From Myxococcota bacterium (GTDB lineage Bacteria; Myxococcota_A; UBA796; SXON01): a stretch of 64,000 bases of DNA. The notes under the pieces are model-generated. The model had not been told where the DNA came from. It ran no database searches and was given only the letters and a program-made list of their open reading frames with translations. The stretch's first letter is position 1. The number at the start of each line of letters is the position of its first letter. The DNA lies in assembly GCA_040386535.1 (NCBI GenBank), contig JAZKFH010000042.1, positions 96,001 to 160,000 of the forward strand, read 5' to 3'. Below are positions 8,069 to 17,639 of this stretch, piece by piece. A program made the position numbers and the translations under genes.

Positions 8069-9760
8069 TCAGCTCCTGCGAGCGCGGCGGCTGCGCCGGG
8101 CGCCGACCAAGGCGAGCAAGGCCGCGAGCCAGCCCGCGCTCGGCGGGCTCTGGGTGGCGCACCCACAGCCGACGGCGGCGGCGTCGGCGTGACCGGTGTC
8201 GTCCGCATCGGTGTCGGTGTCGGTGTCGGTATCAGTATCAGTATCGGTATCGGTATCGGTATCGGTATCGGTATCGGTATCGGTGTCGGTGTCGGTGTCG
8301 GTGTCGGTATCAGTATCAGTATCAGTATCAGTGTCGGTGTCCGTGTCCGTGTCCGTGTCGGTGTCTCCCTCGACCGCGTCGCTGCCATCGCAGTCCTGGT
8401 CGATGCCGTCCCCCGCGATGTCGGTCGCGCCGGGGTGCACGGCGGCGGATCCATCGTCGCAGTCGGTGTCCGTGTCGTAGCCGTCCCCGTCCGCGTCCAG
8501 CCCCTCGCGGTACCCGTGGTACACGATCGCGTAGCCGGGCCCGCGGTACCCGCCCACGCCCACGAGGATGTCGTCGAGGCCGTCCCCGTTCACGTCGCCG
8601 CCGCCGGACACGTACGCACCGTCCTGGTATTCGCCAGTGTCGTAGGTGACGGTGGTCGCGGCGGAGTCCAGCCCCGATGCCGAGCCGACGAACACGTTCC
8701 CGAGCGGCACCGTCGACGTGTAGTCATAGGTCGCGACGATGACGTCGTCGTAGCCGTCCCCGTTCACGTCGCCCGCGCCCGACACGTCGTCGCCGAAGTG
8801 ATCGGAGTAGATCGTGCCGCTCACCGTGGACAGCGGCGTGGTGACGACTCCCGCGCTCGAGCCCGCGTAGAGGTGAACGTCCCCGAGGTCGGAGCTCTCG
8901 ACGCTCCGCTCGCCGACGATGACGTCGGCGTAGCCGTCCCCGTTCACGTCGCCCGCGCCGGAGACCTCGCCGGCGAACTCGGGACCCGAGCTGAGCATGG
9001 TGGTCCAGTACTCGGACAGCCCGCCGGCGGACCCGGTGTGGATGAAGGCGAGCCCCCCACCGCCCATCCCGCCGAGCGCCCCCACGATCACGTCGTCGTA
9101 GCCGTCGCCGTCCACGTCTCCCGCGCCCGACACGCTCTCCCCGAAGAAGGCGTAGGAGTCGTACCCGGTGTGCACGCTGTCCGCCGTCGGTGACAATCCG
9201 GCGGAGGAGCCGAGGTAGACGTACACGGCCCCTGCGGAACGGTCGTGCGTGTAGGCCCCGACGACCACGTCGCCGTAGCCGTCCCCGTTCACGTCCCCCG
9301 CGCCCGCGATGGCATGCCCGAAGGTGTCGCCGTTGGATTCGCCCGTCAACGTGGTGGCGGGGGTGCCTGAGATGCCCGTGGCGCTTCCGAGGTACAGGTA
9401 CACCGTCCCGGGCAGGTCGGTGTTGCCCGGCGCGCCCACGAGCACGTCGTCGTAGCCGTCCCCGTCCACGTCGCCCGCGCCGGCGACCGCGCCCCCGAAG
9501 TCGATGTCCGAGGCGGCTCCGGAGAGGGTGGCGGCGGCGGTCGGGGACACCCCGCCGGCAGACCCCATGTACACGAACGCCTCGCCGCCGCTTCCACCCC
9601 CCGCGCCCACGATGACGTCGGCGTACCCGTCCCCATCGACGTCCCCCGCGGTGGAGACCACCTCGAAGCTGCTGCTGCCTTCGGAGAGGACTGTGGCCGG
9701 TGTGGTCAAGACCGCATCCGTCGCGTGATCGGACGTGAACGCGAGGACGATGAGCAGCAT
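8069..9760 (-). CDS. FG-GAP repeat surface protein with a metal-binding motif and a MYXO-CTERM-like tail
   Basis: Seven AGDVxGDGYxDVIVG-type repeats, DCDD..HPGA..GDGIDQDCDG, a (DT)n linker, then GCGCAT, a hydrophobic helix and an Arg tail. Confidence 0.9.
   Translation of the reverse strand: MLLIVLAFTSDHATDAVLTTPATVLSEGSSSFEVVSTAGDVDGDGYADVIVGAGGGSGGEAFVYMGSAGGVSPTAAATLSGAASDIDFGGAVAGAGDVDGDGYDDVLVGAPGNTDLPGTVYLYLGSATGISGTPATTLTGESNGDTFGHAIAGAGDVNGDGYGDVVVGAYTHDRSAGAVYVYLGSSAGLSPTADSVHTGYDSYAFFGESVSGAGDVDGDGYDDVIVGALGGMGGGGLAFIHTGSAGGLSEYWTTMLSSGPEFAGEVSGAGDVNGDGYADVIVGERSVESSDLGDVHLYAGSSAGVVTTPLSTVSGTIYSDHFGDDVSGAGDVNGDGYDDVIVATYDYTSTVPLGNVFVGSASGLDSAATTVTYDTGEYQDGAYVSGGGDVNGDGLDDILVGVGGYRGPGYAIVYHGYREGLDADGDGYDTDTDCDDGSAAVHPGATDIAGDGIDQDCDGSDAVEGDTDTDTDTDTDTDTDTDTDTDTDTDTDTDTDTDTDTDTDTDTDTDTDTDTDTDADDTGHADAAAVGCGCATQSPPSAGWLAALLALVGARRSRRARRS
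8207..8366. repeat. 6-bp microsatellite encoding a (DT)n linker
   Basis: Tandem GTGTCG/GTATCG/GTATCA/GTGTCC units. Confidence 0.95.
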
Positions 9761-9955
9761 GAGGAAGCTCTCGGAACGTTGGTTCGTCCGGTCAAGGCTA
9801 CCCCTGGGTGCCCTGCGCCACAGGTTGCTTGTTGTTCCCAATGTATCGAACGGCGCTGCGAAGTGTCAGAGAGAGGTGGCCGTTGTTCCAGCCATACCCG
9901 CGGCGGACGTTGACTCCCGGTTGAGCCCGACCTATAGCGGCGCCGAGAGGGCAAC

Positions 9956-11395
9956 GTGGGCACGGCACACACGCACGGACGTTCCAGCTCCACAGCTGCC
10001 CCTGCCAAAGCTGCCCCCGCGATCAGGGCCGACGCCCGCGACAAGGCGCCCGTGAGCAATGCCGCCCGCCAGGAGCAGCTCCGGGGCGCCCAGATCGACA
10101 CACCCTCCCGACCGCGGGCCGGGGGCGCCGCCGTGGGCGCCTCCTACGAGCGGCTTTTTGGCGAGGAGGAGAAGGAAGAAGGGCCCTCGACGGTGCCCCG
10201 CGGCGGCGGCAGCTGGACCGTCGGCCCGGGCGACTCGCTCTGGACCATCGCCAAGGCCACCTACGGCGACGGCAGGTTCTGGGAGGCCATCCGCGACGCC
10301 AACCCCGGCAAGGTGTTCCGCGGCGGGCATCTCATCCACGACGGGAAGGTGCTCTCCCTCCCCACGCTCCAGGTGCCCACCCTGCGGGCGATGGAGGCCA
10401 CGCGCGGCGATCCGGCGGCGTTGCGCGACCTCGCGGTCGCCATGTCCGACGAGGACTACGGCGCCTTCCTCGCGAAACTCTCTGCCGACGAACGCCTCGC
10501 CAAGGGGGAGCTCCTCGGCCTCGTCGAGCTCATGCGCTCCACCGGCAAGACCCCCGAGGAGCTCGGCGCCGATCAGCGCGCCTTCCTCGAGGCCGAGGCG
10601 GCCAAGACGGGGAAGACCGCGGGCGAGCTCGTCTTCGACCGGGTGGACACCCAGGGATACGGCGGCGGCAGCTCCGCGGGGTGGGACAACCTGCCGCTCA
10701 CCACCCGACGCGCGTGGGACCAGCGCTTCAAGGCGGTGGTGAAGAGGCTCCACAGCGAGCCGCCGGAGGATGTGCGCGCCATCATCACCATGGCCGAGGG
10801 GCGCGGCGGCGGCTTCCGCTGGAACCCCGCGGACACCGAGCGGAACGGCGCGTTCGCCTACACCGCCGGCGACTGGGCGCTCCATTGCGGCACGCGCTTC
10901 GTCGAGGCCGCCGAGCGGGACCTCGCGAGCGTGTACGCAAACGTGGCGCACGAGATGGGCGGTCACAACGCCTACGGCGAGGAGCTCGGCGGCCAGATCA
11001 TCGACGAGGCCATCGCTGGCATGGGCGAGGCCGACCAGGCAAAGGCACAATCGAGCAAGAACCCTGTCTTCACCGCCTATGGCTACATGGAGACGGAGAT
11101 TTTCGCCGAGCTGTACGAGGCCAGCTACGACCGCCCCGACAACCCCACCGATCGCCCGTTCGACACCAACGTGCGCTCCAACGGCACCAAGGCCGATCCC
11201 GACGTGAACAACCAGCTCTTGCGCATCCAGAGCGCGTTCGCGCCCGATGTCGCCAAGGGTGTCGTCCGCAGCCTCGCCCTGCGCGTGCAGCTCGACACGT
11301 TCATCCACCTGGACATCAAGTCGAAGTTCCGCGCACAGGTCGCCGCGGTGTTCGGGGATATCCTACCCAGATGGTCCGCTCCCTCCTCGCCCTGA
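9956..11395 (+). CDS. LysM-domain protein with a C-terminal HExxxH putative zinc metallopeptidase
   Basis: WTVGPGDSLWTIAKATYGDGRFWEAIRDAN (LysM); AHEMGGH plus downstream ETEIFAE; no signal peptide. Confidence 0.8.
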   Translation: MGTAHTHGRSSSTAAPAKAAPAIRADARDKAPVSNAARQEQLRGAQIDTPSRPRAGGAAVGASYERLFGEEEKEEGPSTVPRGGGSWTVGPGDSLWTIAKATYGDGRFWEAIRDANPGKVFRGGHLIHDGKVLSLPTLQVPTLRAMEATRGDPAALRDLAVAMSDEDYGAFLAKLSADERLAKGELLGLVELMRSTGKTPEELGADQRAFLEAEAAKTGKTAGELVFDRVDTQGYGGGSSAGWDNLPLTTRRAWDQRFKAVVKRLHSEPPEDVRAIITMAEGRGGGFRWNPADTERNGAFAYTAGDWALHCGTRFVEAAERDLASVYANVAHEMGGHNAYGEELGGQIIDEAIAGMGEADQAKAQSSKNPVFTAYGYMETEIFAELYEASYDRPDNPTDRPFDTNVRSNGTKADPDVNNQLLRIQSAFAPDVAKGVVRSLALRVQLDTFIHLDIKSKFRAQVAAVFGDILPRWSAPSSP

Positions 11396-12009
11396 CCCTC
11401 CTGGCCGGCTGCCCGGCCGCGGCGGTGGACATCCCGGATCCCGGAGCCGTCGTGACCGACCCTACGCTCCAGCGCATGATCGGCGCGCTCGCCGACGAGC
11501 ACCGCGAGGGCTTCGGGCCCGCCATCGCCTGGCTGATCGCGCATCCCGAGCTCGCGCGGCCCGCCTTGCGCGCCGAGGTGCTCGCGCGTCCCGACCATCT
11601 CGCCACGAGCCGCGGCCTCGTCGCCCTCGCGCGGATCGGCGCGCTCGAGGACGTCGCCACGATGGCCGCCGTGCTCCACGCCGCGCAGACCGACTCGGGC
11701 GTCTGGGCCGCCGCCGCCGCGTTGGGCGATCATCCCCACGCGGAAGCCACGTTGTTGGCCGCCGCCGCGGACCCGTCCGACCCCATCGCGGGCGCGGCCG
11801 CGAGCGTGCTCGGCGAGCATCACGTCGAGGCGGCACGGCCGGTGTTGGAAGCCCTCCTCACGCGGGCCGACGCGGGCACACGGTACCGCGCTGTGCGGGC
11901 GATCGGCGCCCTCGGGGTAGGGGCGAGCCGCGCCGCCCTTGCCGCCGCGCGGAAGGCTGAGCGCGATCCCGATGTGTTGGCCGCGCTCGGTGAGCTCGGC
12001 ATCCGGTGA
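11371..12009 (+). CDS. HEAT-repeat lipoprotein
   Basis: MVRSLLALTLLAGC lipobox; repeated AAAALG/AASVLG/AVRAIG helices; overlaps the upstream gene. Confidence 0.8.
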   Translation: MVRSLLALTLLAGCPAAAVDIPDPGAVVTDPTLQRMIGALADEHREGFGPAIAWLIAHPELARPALRAEVLARPDHLATSRGLVALARIGALEDVATMAAVLHAAQTDSGVWAAAAALGDHPHAEATLLAAAADPSDPIAGAAASVLGEHHVEAARPVLEALLTRADAGTRYRAVRAIGALGVGASRAALAAARKAERDPDVLAALGELGIR

Positions 12010-12088
12010 GGTTCGCCGCGCACCCAACCCTGTAAGGTCGCACCGGCCGCGTCGTTCCCGGCCACACCCGCTCGCCACGGAACCACCG

Positions 12089-15000
12089 ATGTCCCCTCGC
12101 CTCCTCCGCCTCGGCCTCTGCGCGCTCGTGCTCTCCTGCTGGCCCGGCGCCGAGGTGTCCGCCCGTCCCGTCGCCGGCCCGCGCCCCGGTCCTCCCGCGC
12201 TCGCCACCGCACGGGCCCCCGTCGCCGCCATCGAGTCCGCGCCCCTCACCTCGCCGATCTCCCTCTCCGATCCCGACGGGCAGGCCCTCACCTTGCGGTC
12301 CCTCTCCGCGAAGGTCGCTGTGGACGGGCCCCTCTCGCTCACCGAGCTCGAGCTCCGCTTCACCAACCCCACCGATCGCCGCATCGAGGGGCGCTTCGCG
12401 CTCACCCTCCCTGACGGCGCGACGATCAGCCGCTGGGCCAAGGAAGTGAACGGCCAGCTGGTCGAGGGAGAGGTGGTCGAGCGCGCCGCCGCGCACCGTG
12501 CCTACGACGCGATCCTCCACGAGATGCGCGATCCGGCGCTGCTGGAGCAGGGCGCGGGCAACCAGTTCTCGGCGAAGGTGTTCCCGATCGAGCCGCGCGC
12601 GGACGTGCGCATCGTGTTGTCGTACACGCGCCTGCTCCGCACCGATGACGGAGCCCGCGCCTACGTCCTCCCCCTGCGCGGACTCCCGCCGATCGGCGAC
12701 TTCGCGTTCCACGGCAGCTTCCGCGCGCTGCCCGGTGAGACGACCACCGACCTCCCGAAGGCCGAGCGCTCGGCGGACGGGACGCAATACCTCGACATCG
12801 TGCGCAAGAACTGGGCGCCCGACGCCGACGTGGCGGTGCGGTGGCAGAGCCAGTTCGCCGGGTCCACGCCGCCCCCCCGGGTCCTGCGGGCCGGCGACTA
12901 CTACGTCGCCACGTTCCGGCCCGAGGTGCCGTTGAACGCGGCGGCGATGCGTCGCTCGCTCCAGGGCCAGCGCGCCGACGGCTGGGCGCTCTACGTCGAC
13001 ACCTCCGCCTCCGCCGCCGACGGGGCGGCCCACCGCATCGCCGCAGTCGAGGCAATCCTCCGCGCGTCGGGGTCCTCGCCGGTAGAGGTGTACGGGTTCG
13101 ATCAGGATGTATCGCTGCTCGTCTCGGGCACCGCGGAGACGGTCGCCGGGCAGGTCGGGGCGGCGTTGCGGGCGCGCGGCTTCGCGGGGGGCACCGACTT
13201 GGAGAAGGCGCTGGCGCACGTCGCGAGGACCTCCGTGGACAGCCGCGTCGTCCTGGCGACCGACGGTGTCGCCACCTTCGGCGACACCAACCCCGCGCAC
13301 CTCGCCGCGGCGGTGCAGCTCCTCCCTCCCGACCTCGACCTGCACGCCCTGGTCCTCGGTGCGGAACAGGACGGAGCCGTGCTCGCGGCGCTCACGGAGG
13401 GTCGCGGCCGCGTGGTCGAAGTGCCCTTCACCGACGCGCTCGCCGCCGACGCCGCCACCGCCGCCGCGCGCCTCGCCCAGTCCCGCGGCATGAAGTTCAC
13501 CGTCGAGGATCCCGACGCCGCCTGGGTCCACACCCTCGGCGCCGGGGACGTGACCTCTGGTGGCGAGGTCATCGTCCTCGGCCGCACCCTCCCCGGCAAG
13601 GCCCCCGCCCCGCGCCTCCTCCGGCCCGGCGCCGCGCCCCTCGTGGCCACCGTCGTGACCAACGCCAGCGCCGTCGCCCCGTTGGTCGAGCGCGAGGCGG
13701 TCCGCGCGCACCTGGTCGACCTCGCCCGCCAGGAGGCCGAGGCCCCCTCCGACGAGGCCCGGGCGACGCTCGCCGCGGAGCAGGTGCGCCTCTCCGTCGC
13801 CCACCGCGTGTTGTGCCCGAAGACGACGATGCTCGTGCTCGAGAGCGAGGCCGACTACGCCCGCTTCGGCCTCGATCGCCGCGCGCTCGCGGACATCCTC
13901 ACCGTCGGGCCCGAGGGCATCACGATCGCCGCGCGGCCCACCGGGGCCTGGGGACAGGCCGAATCGTCCGCCAAGAAGAAGCCGGAGCACAGCTCGCGGG
14001 ACGAGCAGGCAGGCGCCGCGCCGGAGGCGGGCGAGGACCTGCTCGCCGACGCCGCGTCGGACAAGGGCGGTGCCAAGGAGGACGCCGCCGACGGGGCGCC
14101 GATGCCGGAGGCCCCAGCCTCCGAGGCCAACAAGTCGTCCGAAGCGCCACGCGAGCGCTCGGTCGAGGGGGCTGAAAGGGAGGAGGCACCGCTCGCGTCC
14201 ACCGCCCCAGCTCGGGTCGAGTTCAACGCGCCGGCTTCGGCGCCCCGGCGGCAGGCGCCCCAACGGCGCGACCGCGCGCCCGCGTCCGCGACCGAGTCCG
14301 ACGCGCGCGGGCCCGCCGACGCTGCCGAGTACATCGAGGATCCGCAGCCCTCCGGCCTGCCCGACTGGACCCGCGCGGTAGAGGTCCCCTCGACCACCCT
14401 CGCCACCCTCGAAGCGAACGTCGCCGCCAACCCCCGGGACCGCGAGGCCTACAACCAGCTCGCCAACGCGCTCCTGGCCACCGGCGACATGAAGCGCCTC
14501 TCGGCCGTGGTGTGGGCCTGGCAGCCCTACGACCCCGACAACCCGCACGTCTACGAGGTGATGGGGGAGGCCGCGCTGGCGCTCGGCGACACCGCCCTCG
14601 CGCGCCGCGCGTTCGGCTCGCTGGCCGAGCTGGCCGGGGGCAAGCCCGAGCTGCTCCAACGCGCCGGGCTGCTGTTGTGGCGCGCCGGTGACCCCGCGGC
14701 GGCCGAGGTGCCCCTTCGCCGCGCGATCGAGCTCCGCCCCGACCGGGTGAACGCGCACCGCCACCTCGCGCTCGTGCTCCGCGCCTCGGGCCGCCACGAG
14801 GAGGCCGCCGTCGTGCTCGAGACCGCGCGCACGATCACCTTCCCCTCGTTCTACCAGGGCATCGCGCGGGTCCTCACCGAGGAGCTCGGCGCCACCTACC
14901 GCGACTGGATCGCCGCGGCGCCCGACCAGGCCGCGGCCGTTCGCGCGCGGGCCAAGGAGCACGGCGCCGACCCCGCGTATCGCGACGCCCTCCGCGTCAC

Positions 15001-15337
15001 CCTGGCCTGGGAGACCGACGGCAACGACGTCGACCTGCACGTGGTCGATCCGAGCGGCGAGGACTGCTACTACGGCCACCGGGACAACCGCAGCGGGCTG
15101 CAGCTCTACGACGACCTGACAGGCGGGCTCGGCCCCGAGGTCATCCGCGCGTCGAAGCTGCCGCCCGGCCGCTACCACATCGGCGTCAAGTACTTCAGCG
15201 CGGGCCCGATGGGCGTGAGCCGCGGCCTCGTGGTGGTCGAGGTGCCGGGAAAGGCCCCCCGTGTCGAGCCGTTTCGCCTCGTCGAGGGCGGTGGCGACAT
15301 CCGGCTGGTCACGACGGTCGAGCTGCCGGCGCGGTAG
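12089..15337 (+). CDS. VIT + vWA-like + TPR + YfaP/DUF2135-like secreted protein
   Basis: LRFTNP..EGRFALTLPDGA..RDPALLE (VIT), VDTSAS/GGTDL/ATDG (vWA), TPRs, LAWETDGNDVDLHVVDPSGE (YfaP-like). Confidence 0.88.
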   Translation: MSPRLLRLGLCALVLSCWPGAEVSARPVAGPRPGPPALATARAPVAAIESAPLTSPISLSDPDGQALTLRSLSAKVAVDGPLSLTELELRFTNPTDRRIEGRFALTLPDGATISRWAKEVNGQLVEGEVVERAAAHRAYDAILHEMRDPALLEQGAGNQFSAKVFPIEPRADVRIVLSYTRLLRTDDGARAYVLPLRGLPPIGDFAFHGSFRALPGETTTDLPKAERSADGTQYLDIVRKNWAPDADVAVRWQSQFAGSTPPPRVLRAGDYYVATFRPEVPLNAAAMRRSLQGQRADGWALYVDTSASAADGAAHRIAAVEAILRASGSSPVEVYGFDQDVSLLVSGTAETVAGQVGAALRARGFAGGTDLEKALAHVARTSVDSRVVLATDGVATFGDTNPAHLAAAVQLLPPDLDLHALVLGAEQDGAVLAALTEGRGRVVEVPFTDALAADAATAAARLAQSRGMKFTVEDPDAAWVHTLGAGDVTSGGEVIVLGRTLPGKAPAPRLLRPGAAPLVATVVTNASAVAPLVEREAVRAHLVDLARQEAEAPSDEARATLAAEQVRLSVAHRVLCPKTTMLVLESEADYARFGLDRRALADILTVGPEGITIAARPTGAWGQAESSAKKKPEHSSRDEQAGAAPEAGEDLLADAASDKGGAKEDAADGAPMPEAPASEANKSSEAPRERSVEGAEREEAPLASTAPARVEFNAPASAPRRQAPQRRDRAPASATESDARGPADAAEYIEDPQPSGLPDWTRAVEVPSTTLATLEANVAANPRDREAYNQLANALLATGDMKRLSAVVWAWQPYDPDNPHVYEVMGEAALALGDTALARRAFGSLAELAGGKPELLQRAGLLLWRAGDPAAAEVPLRRAIELRPDRVNAHRHLALVLRASGRHEEAAVVLETARTITFPSFYQGIARVLTEELGATYRDWIAAAPDQAAAVRARAKEHGADPAYRDALRVTLAWETDGNDVDLHVVDPSGEDCYYGHRDNRSGLQLYDDLTGGLGPEVIRASKLPPGRYHIGVKYFSAGPMGVSRGLVVVEVPGKAPRVEPFRLVEGGGDIRLVTTVELPAR

Positions 15338-15406
15338 ATGCCGCCGGGTATCCGCGGCCGTAATAGGAGGGATGGCGCGGTCCGCGCCGCACCACCCGGG
15401 TCCCCG

Positions 15407-16093
15407 ATGATCTTCCGCCAGCTCTTCGACCCCGCCTCCTCCACCTACACGTACCTGGTGGCCTGCCCCCGCTCGCACGAGGCCGCGCTGATCGACCCCG
15501 TGCTGGAGCACGCCGAGGCCTACCTGGCGCTGCTCGCCGAGCTGGGCCTCACCCTCCGGTACTCGCTGGAGACCCACGTGCACGCCGACCACGTGACCGC
15601 CGCCGCCACGCTGCGGGACCGTCTCGGGTGCCGCACCGGCGTACATCGCGACGGGGGCGCCGCGTGCGCCGACGTGCAGCTCACCGATGGCGACCTGCTG
15701 CCGCTGGGCGACCTTCGCATCGAGGTGCGCGCCACCCCGGGCCACACGGCCTCGTGTGTCGCCTACTACCTGGGAGACCGCGTGTTCACCGGAGACGCGC
15801 TGCTCATCGGCGGTTGCGGCCGCACCGACTTTCAGCAGGGAGACGCGTCGACCCTCTACGAGAGCGTCCACACGCGGCTCTTCTCGCTGCCACCCGACAC
15901 CCTGGTGTACCCGGCGCACGACTACAAGGGGCGTACGGTCTCGACCATCAAGGAAGAGCGCGCCACGAACCCGCGCCTGTCCCGCTCGCGGGTGGAATTC
16001 GTGGCGATCATGGAGCACCTCGGGCTGGCACCCCCCAAGCAGATCGACCGGGCCCTGCCGGCGAACCAGGCCTGCGGGCGGGAGCCGCGATGA
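15407..16093 (+). CDS. ETHE1-like persulfide dioxygenase (MBL fold)
   Basis: MIFRQLFD..STYTYL, ETHVHADHVT, TPGHT, GCGRTDFQQG, YPAHDYKG, NPRL, C-terminal Cys. Confidence 0.92.
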   Translation: MIFRQLFDPASSTYTYLVACPRSHEAALIDPVLEHAEAYLALLAELGLTLRYSLETHVHADHVTAAATLRDRLGCRTGVHRDGGAACADVQLTDGDLLPLGDLRIEVRATPGHTASCVAYYLGDRVFTGDALLIGGCGRTDFQQGDASTLYESVHTRLFSLPPDTLVYPAHDYKGRTVSTIKEERATNPRLSRSRVEFVAIMEHLGLAPPKQIDRALPANQACGREPR

Positions 16094-16995
16094 ACACCGT
16101 CACGCGCGGGCTGGTCGTGCCGGTGCTCGACTGGGTGCGCGGGCGCGGGTTCCGGTGCGAGCACGTGTTCGAGGGCGCGCCGTTCGACGAGGCATCCCTC
16201 CGCGCCGACGTGCGCCGCATCCCCTGGGCAGACTACGTCCGCTTCTACGAGCGGCTCGCCGACGAGGTAGGCGGGGCCGATGCCTTGTCCGAGCTGCTCG
16301 GCGGCATCAACACGCCGGCGGTGGACTGGATCCTGCGCGCCGCCGGCGGGCCGCGCCCGATGTATCAGTTGTGGACCCACCTGGGGCCCCTGCTGTGGGG
16401 CGTCCTCGACGTGCGGATCCAGGACCTCGCCGACGGCGCGCTCCAGGTCAGCTTCCGGGTCCCGGCGGACGCGGCCCCCGGCACCTGCTTCTTCCAGGCC
16501 ACGACCGGCGTCATCGCCGCGATGACCCGCCGGCTGGGGCAACCCACCGCACGCGTGCAGCTGGTCCACCTGGGCTCGCACGAGGCCGCCTGGACGGTCG
16601 AGCTCCCGGCGGGGCCGGTCAACCCGGTCGAGAGCGCGCCTGTCAGCTGGGCGCTCTTCGAGGAGATGAGCCGCCTGACCACGGAGCGGGGCGACACGCT
16701 GCGGGAGCTGGAGCGGGTGCGCGAGCAGGCCGTCTCCGCCGCGTCGGCGCCGTCCACCGTCCCGGAGCAGCGCATCCGGGAGGTCACCGCGGGGTGGGTC
16801 CTGACACGCGCGCAGGCCGAGGTGTTGAACGGGGTGGTGCGCGGCCTGTCCAACAAGGAGATCGCCAACGAGCTCGGCAAGGCCGAGGCCACGGTCGAGG
16901 TGCACGTGACCCGTATCCTCCGCAAGTCGGGGGCCTCTGGGCGCACGGGCCTGGTCAGCCGCTTCTGGACGTGGCCCCAGGTCCTCGCGTCGTAG
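16090..16995 (+). CDS. LuxR-type HTH transcriptional regulator with an N-terminal sensor-like domain
   Basis: LTRAQAEVL..GLSNKEIANELGKAEATVEVHVTRILRK; ATGA-coupled to the upstream gene. Confidence 0.88.
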   Translation: MNTVTRGLVVPVLDWVRGRGFRCEHVFEGAPFDEASLRADVRRIPWADYVRFYERLADEVGGADALSELLGGINTPAVDWILRAAGGPRPMYQLWTHLGPLLWGVLDVRIQDLADGALQVSFRVPADAAPGTCFFQATTGVIAAMTRRLGQPTARVQLVHLGSHEAAWTVELPAGPVNPVESAPVSWALFEEMSRLTTERGDTLRELERVREQAVSAASAPSTVPEQRIREVTAGWVLTRAQAEVLNGVVRGLSNKEIANELGKAEATVEVHVTRILRKSGASGRTGLVSRFWTWPQVLAS

Positions 16996-17003
16996 GCCCG
17001 CAC

Positions 17004-17639
17004 TCAGCCAGGCAGGGCCACGACCGCCGTGTCGGCGACCACGTACACCCGATCCCCGCGCGCCCGCCGCACCGCCACGCCGCCGGTGAATGTGCCGAAC
17101 GCGGGGAGCACGCCGACCTCGGGGCCCAGGTGAAAACAGGGGAGCCGCAAGGAGTCGCCCCGGCCGCGCACCCACGCCATCGGGTGCAGGTGCCCCGCCC
17201 ACGTGTAGGCGCCCGACACCGGCGCGGGCGCGTGTGTGAACGCGTAGCCGTCCTCGACGAGGACGCCGCGGTGGTCGGCGATGTCCCACGACGCCGGCAG
17301 CACGGGCACGTGGCGATCGTGGTTGCCCCGCACCAGCACCGTCGTCACCGTGCACCGCGTTCGCCACGCGGCGACCGCCTCGATCACCGAGGGCGCGAGC
17401 GCACCGTGGACGAGGTCACCCAGGACGAGCAGGCGCGTCGCGGCGGTCCGCTCCAGGGCACGCTCCAGCCGCGCGAGATCATCGGCGAGGTCACCCGTGG
17501 GAATCGGGATCCCGAACGACCGGAACGTCTCGGTCTTGCCCCAGTGCAGGTCGGCGACAAAGAGCGTGCTCGCCGCGGGCCAGTAGACGGCGCGCTCGGG
17601 CAGCAGCTCCACCTCGTGCGGACCTACGCGGACGGGCAC
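17004..17639 (-). CDS. pdeM: Ligase-associated DNA damage response endonuclease (metallophosphoesterase)
   Basis: ADLHWGK, LGDLVH, RGNHD, GHLHP, LPAFGTFTGG; last gene of the operon. Confidence 0.92.
   Translation of the reverse strand: MPVRVGPHEVELLPERAVYWPAASTLFVADLHWGKTETFRSFGIPIPTGDLADDLARLERALERTAATRLLVLGDLVHGALAPSVIEAVAAWRTRCTVTTVLVRGNHDRHVPVLPASWDIADHRGVLVEDGYAFTHAPAPVSGAYTWAGHLHPMAWVRGRGDSLRLPCFHLGPEVGVLPAFGTFTGGVAVRRARGDRVYVVADTAVVALPG

Noticed and set aside
11858..16018. 1386-aa minus-strand ORF (likewise 41105-45433 and other long Arg/Pro/Gly-rich ORFs)
   Set aside because: Antisense or off-frame shadows of well-supported genes, expected at high GC; no recognisable motifs.
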